Shown: positions 1 to 12,622 of the stretch, piece by piece | How positions within the stretch are numbered: the stretch's first letter is position 1 | Layout of the letters: every line of letters begins with the position of its first letter | Notes under the pieces: generated by a model | Seen by the model: only the letters and a program-made list of their open reading frames with translations | What the model was told of the DNA's origin: nothing | Database searches by the model: none | Position numbers and translations under genes: made by a program | Origin: the human T2T-CHM13v2.0 reference genome, Homo sapiens | DNA: 64,000 nucleotides | Direction: 5' to 3' (one strand) | Assembly: GCF_009914755.1 (NCBI RefSeq) | Contig: NC_060927.1

Positions 1-860
1 AAAGGCTTATGGAATTTGGAATTTGTTTAGGGCTATTATTTGATTCTTAAAATCTGAACAGAATTCAGACTAAGGTTAATCCCACCTGTCTCTTAATGGA
101 TGAGATTTTTATATTAGTTGGATGAATGCCATAGACTCTTTATTATGTGGTGTGATACTATTTTAAAATATTAACATTTCCTTTTGTTTCAGAAATGTTC
201 TGATAACCCACTCTTTTTGCATTTAGGGAGATAAGAGGGGAGAGTGCCTATGTGCACTGCTCTCAAAGTGTGGTTGTTACATAGAAAAGCGGAGAAAAAG
301 TAGAAGGTAATTTGGATTTTGACCTTCAAAAGGTCTAAACAAAAGGTAAGCTTTTCCTGCCACAGATGAATTCAGATTCTTTAAGGCAAAAGCAGAGGGC
401 AAGAATCAGACACTGAGTTGCCTATGAAGGTCCCTGTTGAGGAGTTCTGGAAATGTATTTTCTACCCATAATGAAGACAAAACCCCAAAGGAAGAACATA
501 GTCTTTAATTAAATTTTAGAATCCATAGCAGAAGAATTTTGAACTTTGTTTCCCTAATGGGACTGAGGAAATCAGCAACTTTCTAGAATTTTATCATGTT
601 TTGCTATGATTCAATAACAATCAACTAGATATTATAATATGTTCTATCTATTCAGAGAGGCCCTGAAACAATCGTCCTGAATTTGCTGCAGAGCTACACT
701 TACATGGTTACATGGGAGTGCTCCAGAGTTCTCCAGGGCTCTCCAGAAGAGTCTCAGGGATATTTGGGGAATATCTATAGATTGGAAGAGTTTTGTACTC
801 AGGATTAGGAGGACACTGAATGATTTACATGGGTTCTTTACCATATGGGAATGAGGATCT

Positions 861-1023
861 GAAGCCATGCCAGGCAAGGTGTAAGTCACACACTCCTACA
901 CTTAACGAATAAATTATGCTCTAACTATTACAACGTTTCTCTTTTTCTCTAGCAGCTAAATAAGCACTGGCCTAGAAATCAGCGATATCAAAACAATTAC
1001 AACTCATCCAGCTCTCAGATGCT
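861..1023 (+). mobile_element. Isolated ~160 bp internal fragment of a MER4-family (ERV1) LTR
   Basis: Aligns by eye to 1803-1960 within the neighbouring LTR (shared blocks ccatgc-cagg, ctacacttaa-gaataaa, tttctctagcagctaaa, aaaacaattacaactcatccagctc). Confidence 0.75.
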
Positions 1024-1399
1024 TTGAGAAATTCAGAGGATATATGACAATAACTGTAAACTAGTGGAGAAGAAATAGAAAAAAAGAAGGGTACACAGAC
1101 AAGATTTGAACATGGATAGTTATTGCTCCGATCTTCGATAAAACCATTTGAAAATGGACAGAGTGTAAAATAAACCTGAAATCATGAAGTAAAACCTGTT
1201 TGGACTAAGTTTACAATTAATTAGCTAAAAGTATGTTGTTGCTCCTAAATAGAAAAAAGTTTGCGTTAGGAAAGTTCAATTAAAAAAATAGAGGACATCT
1301 CTATATCTCCCTCATATTTGTGGATTTTGCAATTTGTATGCACTGTAGTATTCCATATTTTCCTCATCTTGCTTGATGTATTCTTATCATTACTGTACA

Positions 1400-1566
1400 T
1401 GAGTTGAGAGCACAGCAGAGTCAGATTGCCTGAGTTTAAATCCTGGCTTGACACCTTATTAGCTGTGTGACCCAAGGCAGAGAAACTTGGTCTTTCTATG
1501 GCTCAGCTTACTCATCTGTAAAATGGAGATATTTAGATTACCTACCTAACAAGTATATTATAAAGA
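1400..1566 (+). mobile_element. MIR SINE fragment
   Basis: MIR core: tttaaatcctggct...tagctgtgtgacc...ctcatctgtaaaatggagat. It ends where the LTR starts at 1567. Confidence 0.75.
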
Positions 1567-2524
1567 TGTAAACTAAAAACAAAATCATAAGCTTCTCCAC
1601 TTAACAGAGAGGGCAGCCCCAGAAAACAATAAACTGAATTTCTGACCATGTTGGAATGGGAGGTCAGACATGCCTCATTATCCCCCCTCCCTTTTGTGGT
1701 TTAGACACAACAACACAGCACCATTAATGTTAAAATAGATATTATGAGAGACAAAGAAGATTATTCGTGGCAATAAGATACCAAATTATAAACAAGACCT
1801 AAGACCATGCCCAGGAAGGAAGTGTTAAACCACACACCCCTACACTTAAAGAATAAACTATGTTCTAACTGCTACAAGGTTTCTCCTTTTCTCTAGCAGC
1901 TAAACAAGCATTGGCATAGAGATAAGCAATATTAAAACAATTACAACTCATCCAGCTCAGGGAAACTGATTAACTGACTCTGTGTTCCAACAGCCATAAC
2001 TAGAGCTTTGATTGGACAAGAGACTGATTTCAGTAACTTTGTCCTGAACAGACCACGTTGTCCCATAGAAGTGATGTTTATGGTTTCTTTTGAATAAACA
2101 TAGAAATTGACCCTCCCACTCTTAAAATTTGAAAAAATTACAGTTGTCTTAACTGAGTTCCTTTCTCAGGATACCAACCATCAGTCTTCCCAGATGGTAT
2201 CAAGATCACAGCATTTGGTCAATGAGGAGCCAGACCCCTCACCTGTCACGGTTGCCTGACTGTTCACCTGCTTCCTGTTGACCAACTCCTCTTCCTTTTT
2301 CTTCCCTAATTTCTGTTTTTCTGCATGTAGTTACATTTCTTTCCTGCTATATAAATCCCTGATTTTAGTTGGTCAGGGAGATGGATTTGAGACTGACCTC
2401 CCCTCTCCGTGGCTGCAGCACCTGATTAAAGCCTTCTTCCCTGGCAATACTCATTGTCTTAATGACTGGATTTCTGTTTGGCAAGCAGCAGGACCTAGAC
2501 CAAGCTCCTGGCATTTTAGTAATG
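1567..2524 (+). mobile_element. Solo LTR, MER4 family (MER4D/E-like, ERV1)
   Basis: Starts TGTAAACTAAAAACAAAAT, contains gggaggtcagacatgcctcatta and a TATA-like ctatataaa (~2347), and ends ...ggacctagacc...ctggcattttagtaa. Matches the recalled MER4 consensus; no clear TSD. Confidence 0.7.
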
Positions 2525-2832
2525 ATAAGAAGACCACAGATTCAAAGGGACAAATACTTTTAAGGGACAATTTAAAATTTTTGCCATTACTTTCAATGGG
2601 AAAAACCGTGATTACTTTTGTACCAACCTGAGTTTTCCTTGTGGATTTGGAATAAGTATCCTGGGTAATTGTGATATTTAGCCTCCCCCACACATTTACT
2701 CAATTATTTATTTCACAAATTCTGCTAGACAGTGTTCTAATAGTGAATAAAAATAAATTCCATGGTCTTATGAAGCATATGAAGCTTATAATCTACTCAT
2801 AAGAGCAAACATGAATGTATATGATTTTAGGG

Positions 2833-5020
2833 CGTATTAGTTCATTTTCACGCTGCTCATGAAGATATACCTGGGACTGGCCAATTTACAAAAGAAAGAG
2901 GTTTAATTGGACTTACAGTTCCACATGGCTGATGAGGGTAAGCCTCATCATGGCGAAAGGCAAGGAGGTGAAGTCATGTCTTACATGGATGGCATCAGGC
3001 AAAGAGTGGGAGCTTGTGCAGGAGAACTCTTTTTAAAAACATCAGATCTCTTCAGACTTATTCACTATCATGAGAACAGCATAGGAAAGAATGCCCCCAT
3101 GATTCAATTACCTCCCACCTGGTCCTTCCTACAACATGTGGAAATTCAAGATGTGATTTGGGTGGTGACACAAACAAACCATAGCATTTCGCCCCTGGCC
3201 CCCATTAATCTCATGTCCTCACATTTCAAAACCAGTCATGCTTTCCCAACAGTCCTCCAAAGTCTTAACTAATTTCAACATTAACCCAAAAGTCCACAGT
3301 CCAAAGTCTCATCTAAGACAAGGCGAGTTCCTTCTGCCTGTGAGCCTGTAAAATCAAAAGCAAGTTAGTTACTTCCTAGATACAATAGGGATAAAGGTGT
3401 TGGGTAATTACAGCCATTCCAAATAGGAGACATTGGCCAAAACCTAGGGGCTACAGGCCCCATGAAATTCCAAAATTCAATGGGGCAATCAAATCTTAAA
3501 GCTCCAAAATTATCTCCTTTGACTCCATGTCTCATATCCAGGTCATGCTGACACAAGAGGTGGGTTCCATGGTCTTGGGCAGCTCCGCCTCTGTGGCCTT
3601 CCAGGGTACAGCCTCCATCCCAGCTGCTTTCACAGGCTAGCATTCAGTGTTTGTGGCTTTTCTAGCACACGGTGCAAGCTGTTGGTAGAACTATCATTCT
3701 GTGGTCTGGAGGAAGGTGGGACTCTTCTCACAGATCCACTAGGTGGTGCACCGGTAGGAACTCTGCGTGAGGGCTCCCACCCCATGTTACTCTTCTGCAC
3801 TGCCCTAGCAGAAGTTCTCCATGAGGGCCCCGCCCCTATAGCAAACTTCTGCCTTGGTATTTCCATACATCTTCTGAAATCTAGGTGGAGGTTGCCAAAC
3901 CTCAGTTCTTGACTTTTGTGCACTTGCAGACTCAAAACCACGTGGAAGCTGCCAAATCTTGAGGCTTGAACCCTCTGAAGCCACGGATGGGGAAGCTGGG
4001 ATATAGGGCACCAAGTCACAAGACTGAACACACAAAGGGGACCCTGGACCCTGCCCACAAAACCAATTTTTCCTCCTAGGCCTCTGGACCTGTGATGGGA
4101 GGGACTGCCATGAAGACCTGTGATATGCCTTGGAAACATTTTCCCATTGTCTTGGGGATTAAATTTTGGCTCATTATTAGTTACGCAAATGTCTGTAGCC
4201 AACTTGAATTTCTCCTCAGAAAAGGGTGTTTTCTTTTCTGCAGCATTGTCAGGCTGCAAATTTTCCAAACCTTTATGCTGTGCTTCCCTCAAGAAACTGA
4301 ATGACTTTACAGCACCCAAGTCACTTCTTGAGACCTTTGCTGCTTAGAAATTTCTTCAGCCAGATACCCTAAATCATTTTTCCCAAGTTCAAAGTTCCAC
4401 AAATCTCTACAGCAGGGACAAAATGCTGTCATTCTCTTTGCTAAAACATAACAAGAGTCACCTTTGCTCCAGTTCCCAACAAGTTCCTCATTTCCATCTG
4501 AGACCACCTCAGCCCAGACCTTATTGTCCATATCGCTATAAGCATTTTGGGCAAAGCCATTCAACAAGTCTTTAGGGAGTTCCAAACTTTCCAACATTTC
4601 CTTATCTTCTTCTGAGCCCTCCAAACTGTTCCAACCCCTGCCTGTTTCACAGTTCCAAAGTTGCTTCCACATTTTTGGTATCTACAGCAGCACCCCACTC
4701 CTGGTACCAATATTGTATTAGTCCATTTTCACACTGCTGATAAACACATACCTGACACTGGGCATTTTGTAAAAAAGAAAAGAGGTTTAATCGAACTTAC
4801 AGTTCCACATAGCTAAGGAATTCTCACAATCATGGCAGAAGGCAAGGAAGAGCAAGTCTAATCTAACATGGATGGCAGCAGGCAAACAGAGAGAGCTTGT
4901 GCAGGGGAACTCCTGTTTTTAAAAATATCAGATCTCATGAGACTTATTCACTATCATGAGAACAGTACAGGGAAGATTGGCCCCCATGATTCAATTGCCT
5001 CCCACTGGGTCTCTCCCATA
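2833..5020 (-). mobile_element. THE1 (MaLR) element: 3' LTR 2833-3186, internal 3187-4713, 5' LTR 4714-~5020 (outer end truncated)
   Basis: Both LTRs begin with the reverse complement of the THE1 end (tgtattagtcc/ttcattttcac). The left LTR ends with aaaccatagca. The internal region carries frameshifted MaLR ORF pieces (4307-4672: GRGWNSLEGSEED...NWSKGDSCYVLAK; 3630-4319). Confidence 0.93.
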
Positions 5021-5450
5021 AGATCTTACCCTTTTTAAATTATTATTATTTTGTTGTTCCTCTATTCCCATAGGCTACTTACTTGCATGTTAGACAAGAA
5101 AAAGAATGGGAATCTGAAGGATTGTATAGAAACTATTAGATTCTAGAATCCAGTCCTGCATCCAACCTGCCTATTTTATTGGCCAGAATTCAGTGACTCA
5201 GTAAGTGCAAGAAAGTCAGGGAAATATGATTTTCATACCTAGAGGGAATAAGAAATAGGTTTGGTGAGCATCCAACATTGTCTCAACAACATAGTGCTAT
5301 AAAGAAAAATAAAGAAAATTAAGGTAATAGTATTGTAGCAAATGTGTAGATGATATTTTAAGTATGATCTTCAAGGAAGGACAAATTGGGAGACTTTGTA
5401 TAGAAAGGTGAATACAAAGAGGAAGTGTGCTGTTCAAATAACAGGAGAAG

Positions 5451-5762
5451 GGCTGGGGGCAGTGGCTTATGCCTGTAACCCCAGCACTTTGGGATGCCCA
5501 GGTGGGCAGATCACCAGAGTTCAGGAGTTCAAGACCAGCCTGGCCAATATGGTGAAAACCCTTCCCTACTAAAAAATACAAAAAATTAGCGGGTCACGGT
5601 GGTGGGTGTCTGTAATCCCAGCTACTTGGGAGGCTGAGGCAGGGAGAATTGCTTGAACCCAGGAGGCGGAAGTTGCAGTGAGCTGAGATCACGCCAGTGC
5701 ACTCCAGCCTGGGTAACAGAGCGAGACTCCATCTCAAAAAAAAAAAAATAATAATAATAATA
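5451..5762 (+). mobile_element. Full-length AluS (AluSx-like)
   Basis: Dimeric Alu with A-rich linker and (AAT)n tail. TSD aaataac[a/t]ggagaa at 5436-5449 and 5763-5776. Confidence 0.95.
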
Positions 5763-5804
5763 AAATAACTGGAGAACGAGCAGTCTATACAACTTTAATA
5801 GAGG

Positions 5805-6213
5805 TGTTAAATTAAGCAGGAGGCCATTAGCAGTGCCGTCTCATTACTTTAAGTTTCTAGGTAACAAACTGTAGACTAACTTAGCATGTAAACAAACCAA
5901 AACTAACTCAGGAGTGTGGCAAACAGCCAAGTTCAGCTAATCACAAAGAGCCAACCTTCAGCCAATTACAGGCAGTGAAGCCCTAATAAAGCAAATGCCT
6001 CATCTCACCATGGCCAAATAAGGCAGATGTCCAGCTGCAGCCAAACAGATTTCTCTACTTTGCTTCTGTGTCTGGAGCATAAAAGCTTGCTGCTCACACT
6101 GTTTGGTAGAGCTCTCTGAACTCCCACTGGTTGAGGGTGTTCCCTGATTCATGAATTATTATTTGCTCACATCAAATTTGGTAAATTTAATTTGTCTGAA
6201 GTTTATTTTAACA
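5805..6213 (+). mobile_element. Solo ERV1 LTR (MER57/MER93-like)
   Basis: TGTTAAA...TTTAACA inverted termini, exact 4-bp TSD GAGG (5801-5804 and 6214-6217), repeated agccaa(t) CCAAT-like boxes. Confidence 0.8.
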
Positions 6214-6336
6214 GAGGTAAGGCATGAGGTGTATGTCAGTAAGAATGCAATTACCATCCATTGAAAGAGGCAATTCAATCCCATCTAGTTAAAAAGGGGA
6301 TAATTCTCAGATCTTTTTTTTTTATCAAGCTCTTAC

Positions 6337-6556
6337 CATTGGCTTGGCAATGTATTTCTGTCAATACCTAGACAATAAATATTTTAGTCTGTTAGGACTA
6401 CTTATAATGTCCATGAGATTACTTATAATCTTATTGATTATGGAGCCATACTCAGTACAGAAGTGAATGCGTATGGCTGTGTTCCAATAAAACTTAATTC
6501 AGAAAAACAGGCAGAGGACAAGATTTGACTTGCAGATTGTTGTTTTCTGATTCCTA
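6337..6556 (+). mobile_element. MER58A-like hAT-Charlie MITE
   Basis: Diagnostic segments taaatattttag and tggctgtgttccaataaaactt...aaaaacaggc...gatttg. Confidence 0.75.
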
Positions 6557-8149
6557 ATCTGTAGCAGCATCTACAAGGTACACCTAAGCTTTTTATTTTT
6601 ATTACTTCCCATCACAGTTTGAAACAACCAAGGAAATAATCTTATGCTCTACTGCCCTAACCAATGCATATTTAAGACATGAAAAATCAAGCTGCAATAA
6701 AAAATCACTTTATTACTTTAATAAATATGAAAAGCATATTTTCAAAATGTCTTCAGCATAAAATTTCAGAGAAAGAAGTTAATAGAAAGACTAAGATCTG
6801 TTAATAATATTAAAGAGTAAGATTTTTTCCCTGAACCGCTGCCTCTGCTGTACATTTTGAAAATGTTAATGCCTTAGATTTTTCCAATACTGTTATCTTT
6901 TCCCTTGAATATGATTAAATAAGAGACCAATTTTAAGCTTGACCTAGGAAATTTCAAAGTCAACCTCCATTACCCTTAGCTCAAGGTGTTTCTTGCAGTT
7001 ATTCTTCCACACTCTCTTTCAATTTTACCTCAGAGCTGTGGAAGTACTAATGCAGTAACTTTGTGTTGAAAACAGTGTAATGGAAAAATGAACTTGCTAA
7101 ATTAATGCTTGATTACTGCACTGCTTATGGTCTTGATTGGAAGGCATTGAAATTTTAATTCAACTATATTGCAGAAAAACATGTAAAAAACACTTGAGCA
7201 ATGAGATTTGTTTCCTTAACTGATACAGGCTAAAAACATAGATAATAACTTTGAAAGTTGGATGTACATTAACCCCAGTACACAAAATTAAAGCATCGTT
7301 TTGGTTCAATATTATGTCAGAGATTAAAAAAATGTTTAATTTGCTTTATGATAAAATATATACCATTCTAAACTCTCAAGTCAATGAGCCAAAAATAGCA
7401 TAGAGAAAAGATAGCTAGTACTGTTTTATGTGCACATGTACGTATTACATACACATATGTCAGTCTAGGTTACTCACTTCAACCACTGAGATTTGATGTT
7501 CTAAAAATTAGAATAGCATATGTTTAAGCTTTTTGAATTTATTTTATTTTACCTGCATACCATAATAATAGTCAAACTATATATTTTTTGATTATGTATA
7601 TATGCATGCATGTATATATAATTAAAATTTAAAACAATTACAAATAAAAAGTAAAATGTTTAAAAGTTTAAAAATATAAAAATTAGATTCTACTTTAGAT
7701 GAAATTTGTTGATGTTGGCATTTCTACAGTATTTATCCAATTTCAATTCCTGGTTAAGGCCCAATGGTCAAGACATTCATTTGGCAATCTAGTGAATGCA
7801 TGACAGTGCATTGTGCTAGGCACTGGGTATGTTCAGAGGAAGAATACAAAATACCCTCACGGAAATAAAAATCCAAAGCTATAATCCAGCTGCCATAAAG
7901 TCATAGGAAGAAAAAGCATATGTTGTATCAATGACTTGAATTTTGTTTGGATGCAGCCACTAACCAGCAGAGTGATATTAAGATGTTTATTTAACCTTTC
8001 TGTTTCACAAATTCTCCGATGAAAAATGGTAACTTTTACTAGAGATGAGATATCTGGAAGATTGCTTCTATTTGTGAAGTTCTAAATACATTGCTTACAT
8101 AAAAATTTTAACAAAGGCTGATTGCTCTGATTAAGATTGTGTTTTGCCA

Positions 8150-9503
8150 ATGTGTACTGGTACAAAAACACACACATAGACCAATGGAAAAGAACAAAAA
8201 ACTCAGAAATAAAGCTGCACACTTGCAACCATCTGATTTTTGAAAAGGCTGACAAAAACAAGCAATGGGGAAAGGACTCCCTACTCAATAAATGGTGCTG
8301 GGATAAGTGGCTAGCCAGGTGCAGAAGAATGAAAAAGACCCTGGCCTTTCACCATATATAAACATGTCATCCATTCTCAAGATGGATTGAAGATGTAAAA
8401 CACCTCAAACTATAAAAATGTTAGAAGAAAATCTAGGAAATAACCTTCTCAACATCAGGCTTGGCAAAGAATATTTGTCTGAGTTCCCAAAAGCAATCGC
8501 AACAAAAACAAAAATAGACAAGTTGGACCTAATTAACCTAAGGAGTTTCTCCACAGCAAAAGAAATGATCAACAGAATAAACAGACAACCTACAGAATGA
8601 GATAGAATGTTCACAAACTATGAATCCAACAAAGATTGAATATATCCGGAGTCTATCAGAACTTAAACAAACCAGCAAGCAAAAACCAAATAACCCCATT
8701 AAATAATGGACAAAGGACAAGAATAGATACCTTGCAAAATAAGACATACCAGTGGCCAATGAAAAAAATGCTCATCATCATTAATCAACAGATACATGCA
8801 CATCAAAACCACAGTGAAATACCATCTCATACCAGTCAGAATTGCCGTTATTTAAAAGTCAAAAAACAACAGGTGCTGGCAAAGCTGCAGAGAAAAGGAG
8901 ATGCTTATACACTGTTGGTGGGAATATAAACTGTTAGTTTGGCCACTATGGAAAGTAATTCAGAGATTTCTCAAAGAACTTAAAACAATACTACCATTTG
9001 ACCCATCAATCCCATTTCTGGGCACATTTCCAAAGGAAAATATTCTACCAGAAATACACATGCACTTATATATTCATCACTGTACTACTCAGAATAGCAG
9101 ACGTGGAGTCAACCTAAGTGCTTATCAACAGTGGACTGGATAAAGAAATGTAGTACATATATCCTATGGAATATTATGCAGCCATGAAAAGATAAAATCA
9201 CATCCTTTGCAACATCATAAATGCAGTTGGAGGTCAAGATCACAAGTCTACTAATGCAGAAATAGAAAACTAAATACTGCATGTTCTCACTTATAAGTGG
9301 GAGCTAAACATTGAGCACACACGGACATAAACATGGGGACAATAGACACTGCAGACTACTAGAAAGAAAACAGATGGAGGAAGAGATGTGCATGCTGAAA
9401 GACCTCTGGGGTACTATGCTCACTACCTGGGAGCAATATAGCCATGTAATAAACCTGCACAGGTACCCCCTGTATCTAAAATAAAAGTTGAAATTTTAAA
9501 GAG
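8150..9503 (+). mobile_element. 5'-truncated L1 (L1PB/old L1PA-like): ORF2 C-terminus plus 3' UTR
   Basis: ORF2 peptides ([29 protein letters not shown]); 3' end ...tatctaaaataaaagttgaaatt; exact 16-bp TSD agattgtgttttgcca (8134-8149 and 9504-9519). Confidence 0.93.
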
Positions 9504-11094
9504 AGATTGTGTTTTGCCACTAAATGAGCATCCTGATTAACAAACAGTAAGGCTTTTCCATTTTTCAAGTCAAATATATTTTTATGACTGAGATTTTAAC
9601 ATAAGGAAGCAATAAGCAAAAATTATATTTATTAATATGTTTCATAATCTGAAAGTTTAAATCAGTACAAAAACTGGAATTTCAAAGAGATAAGAAACAT
9701 AAAATTTGAATATATACAAATTATTTCATAAAAACTACAATTTAAATAATTTAGTTATATTCATAAGTTTATTCCAAATTATCAGGATAGTAATATGAAA
9801 TTTAAAATTAGTAAAATAAAATTTAAAAAGGTGTTTGTCTTAGGTAAGTTATTTAATAGCCAAATGAATATAAGCAGACCTTAATTCCCTCTTCTATCTG
9901 TGTTTCAACATGTGGCCTTTTGATTTTTAAAATTATTGTCCTGTGGTATGATTTGGGTGGTCCATTCCAAGACCTCTCATTTTTTCAACTCTGTTACACT
10001 TGGTCTTGCTCAGGGCAATCATTTTGTAATTGCTGTTTCTCATACATATATGAACTAGGTTCTTCGTGTGGTCACAAATTAACACATGCAAACCCTTAAG
10101 TTTCATTCGACACATAATTTAAGAACTAATTGAAAAAAAATTAATTCTGCTATTGCTTGAATACCTTCTGATGAAAACATCTAGTGTGGTAAGCAAAATC
10201 TCAGCTTCAAATGAGTTATAGCTTAAAAGAAAATTCCAGTTGAAAATAATGAAAAACTTTTTAAAGAAATTATTTATCACTAAGCTCTTAATTGTACAAG
10301 GAATATCTTCTGAAAAAAATACAAATATTATGACTCTAAGTAGAAAAGTGATTTAAGTAATTCAGAAAAATCAAATGGTGAAAAATGTTTTAAGTATACC
10401 TTATCCAAATTATTTTTATAAGTCTTTTCCAATAACATATGTTTATATCTAAGCCTAAATGTATGCAAACACAGCTAAAACAGCTCTGTTAACAAAGAGA
10501 ACATTTAGTAATAAAAAAGCATTATATTATGTTTTTATTGGCAGAACTATTTTCTTCTACGTTGAGTAGTTTCCGTAATAACAGTATATCTTATGATTGA
10601 TAGTACCTTTGATTTAGTGAAATAAAATTGAATGATATTATAAATTAAGGTGATATATGTATATAGCCTAGGTAACAGCATTTTGCTTCAGCATCATTTA
10701 GAGACAAAAATAATAAAGTGATTACTTTAAAATATAGAGACGAAACAGAGAATTCGAGGCTAACAGGGTATGCTGAAATTAGTTGAGTGCTTCTATGTTA
10801 AAAAAAAAAACAAACAAAACAAAACATGTATATAACAGAAAAATAATCAATGGGGCCAAAATCTAAAGAAAATGGACTATGTCACCAAGCAGAGGATAGA
10901 TGAATGTAATATCGATGGCAGTTGCCAACTTTAATTTCTCATGAATCTATAAATTATCTTGTGTCTCCTTCTCTATGTTTATTTGTATTTTACAAAATAT
11001 TATTAAAATACCACAGGGAGATTGGAGAGATGTATAAGAAAAATTACGTATAACACCAACAGTTTAATATATTGACTTCTTCACTTAACAAGAG

Positions 11095-12080
11095 TATATG
11101 AACATTTATTGTGTATTATTTTCAAGCTGCTAAAGATTTATCAATAAACAAAACAGACAAAAATATCTGTCTTCATGAAGTCTGTATTCTAAAAGATCAG
11201 TAAACAAATAAATATATATGGAATATGTTGGAAGATGGTTAGTACTCTGGTGAAAAATAAATATGGGTAAGAGGAAATGGAACACTTCAGGAGGTACTGT
11301 TTATTGAAGGTGATCCAGAATGATCTCTACGGAAGCAGAGGTTGAGCACAGACCTGAAGTAAGGCACATAAAATATCTGGCTCTGTGATAGAAAATAGAT
11401 GATGTGATCCATGGGTGGTGAGGTCAAATAATGAAGTTCTTTTAGACAAGAAGAGTAGGAACTTCAATTTTTACTCTGAGTAATATGAGGAACCATTTAG
11501 GTTATGAAGAAAAGTCTAGTATATTCTGATGTATGGATTTAAAATATGAGCTAATTTTGCTATGTTATTGAGAATACACTGAAATAGGGCAGAAGTGGAG
11601 CAGAGAGAAGAGTTCAAAAATAACAATAAGGATTCAGATGAGAAATAGTAGTGACTCAGAGAAGATAGCCTTGATTGGGGAGGGGTAGGAGTATGTAAGA
11701 TATACTTAGATTCTGAATGCCATGAAACTGTGAAAAAATTAATAAGGATGCTCAGAAAAGTTCTCATTATGAAGGCGGTATTTGCTCAAAGACCTAAAGC
11801 TGAGAGAGAGAGCCATGTAAGATTTGTATAAATAGTATAACAGAGAAAAAAGATTTCTATGGCAAAGACCTTGAAGCAAAATCATATCTGATGTGGTCCA
11901 GGATCATCAAATATCAATGAGTTTGAGATAGAAAACAAGATATGAGATATGAGGGGTAACATGGAACCAGACTCATATTGCTTTTAAGACTTTCAGAAGC
12001 AGTAAGAATGTTTAAGAAGGGGGAAAAACTATTTATCTTATATTTTAGCAATTACTTTTGCTATTGTGTTGAGAGTGAAC
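11095..12080 (-). mobile_element. Degraded L2 LINE fragments
   Basis: Purine-rich antisense L2 motifs (aacatttatt..., aacaaaacagacaaaaat...cttcatgaag, gacctgaag, ttttactctgagtaatatgaggaaccatt). Confidence 0.6.
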
Positions 12081-12622
12081 TCCTCAGGGATAAATATATT
12101 TCTAGAAATCTGTAAGTACATCTGAAAATATATAGAAAAACACATTATCAATGTTAGATTCTCACTCAGAGGAAAGACTTCCAATATAAAGCAAAAAACC
12201 CACATACTATTGCAATAAAATTGACATTATTTGATTACATAATCAAAAGATAAACATAAAATTACTTCTGCTATAAAAATGATTACAGAACAATTATGAA
12301 AATTGAGGAAATTTTGCAATATAAATAATAAATTGTTGATATTTGATTTATGATTTAATACAAAATAATAGTAACAGAATAGAAAAGTTGGACAAATGAT
12401 ACATTAGATAGTCAAAAATGTGAAAAAAAAGATCATTATATACTAGATGATAATTTAGTACTATCATTCAAAGTATGAAATCTGTTTATATACTTAATGA
12501 GAAATGGCATCACCAAGAATGTATCATTAAGAAACACACAATACGTTAAAATAATGCATTGTTTTAAAAAATAATTTGTAACATAGCAAAACAAAAGTGT
12601 AAGCAATTAAAATGTTCATTAA

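Noticed and set aside
193-345. Plus-strand exon (ttttgtttcag| ... AAG|gtaagc)
   Set aside because: Stops in all three frames and no supporting partner; such site pairs arise by chance in AT-rich DNA.
3630-4319. Longest ORF (229 aa) as a novel gene
   Set aside because: It lies wholly within THE1-int and drifts between MaLR ORF frames; the paralogous text at 54779-55988 is equally broken.
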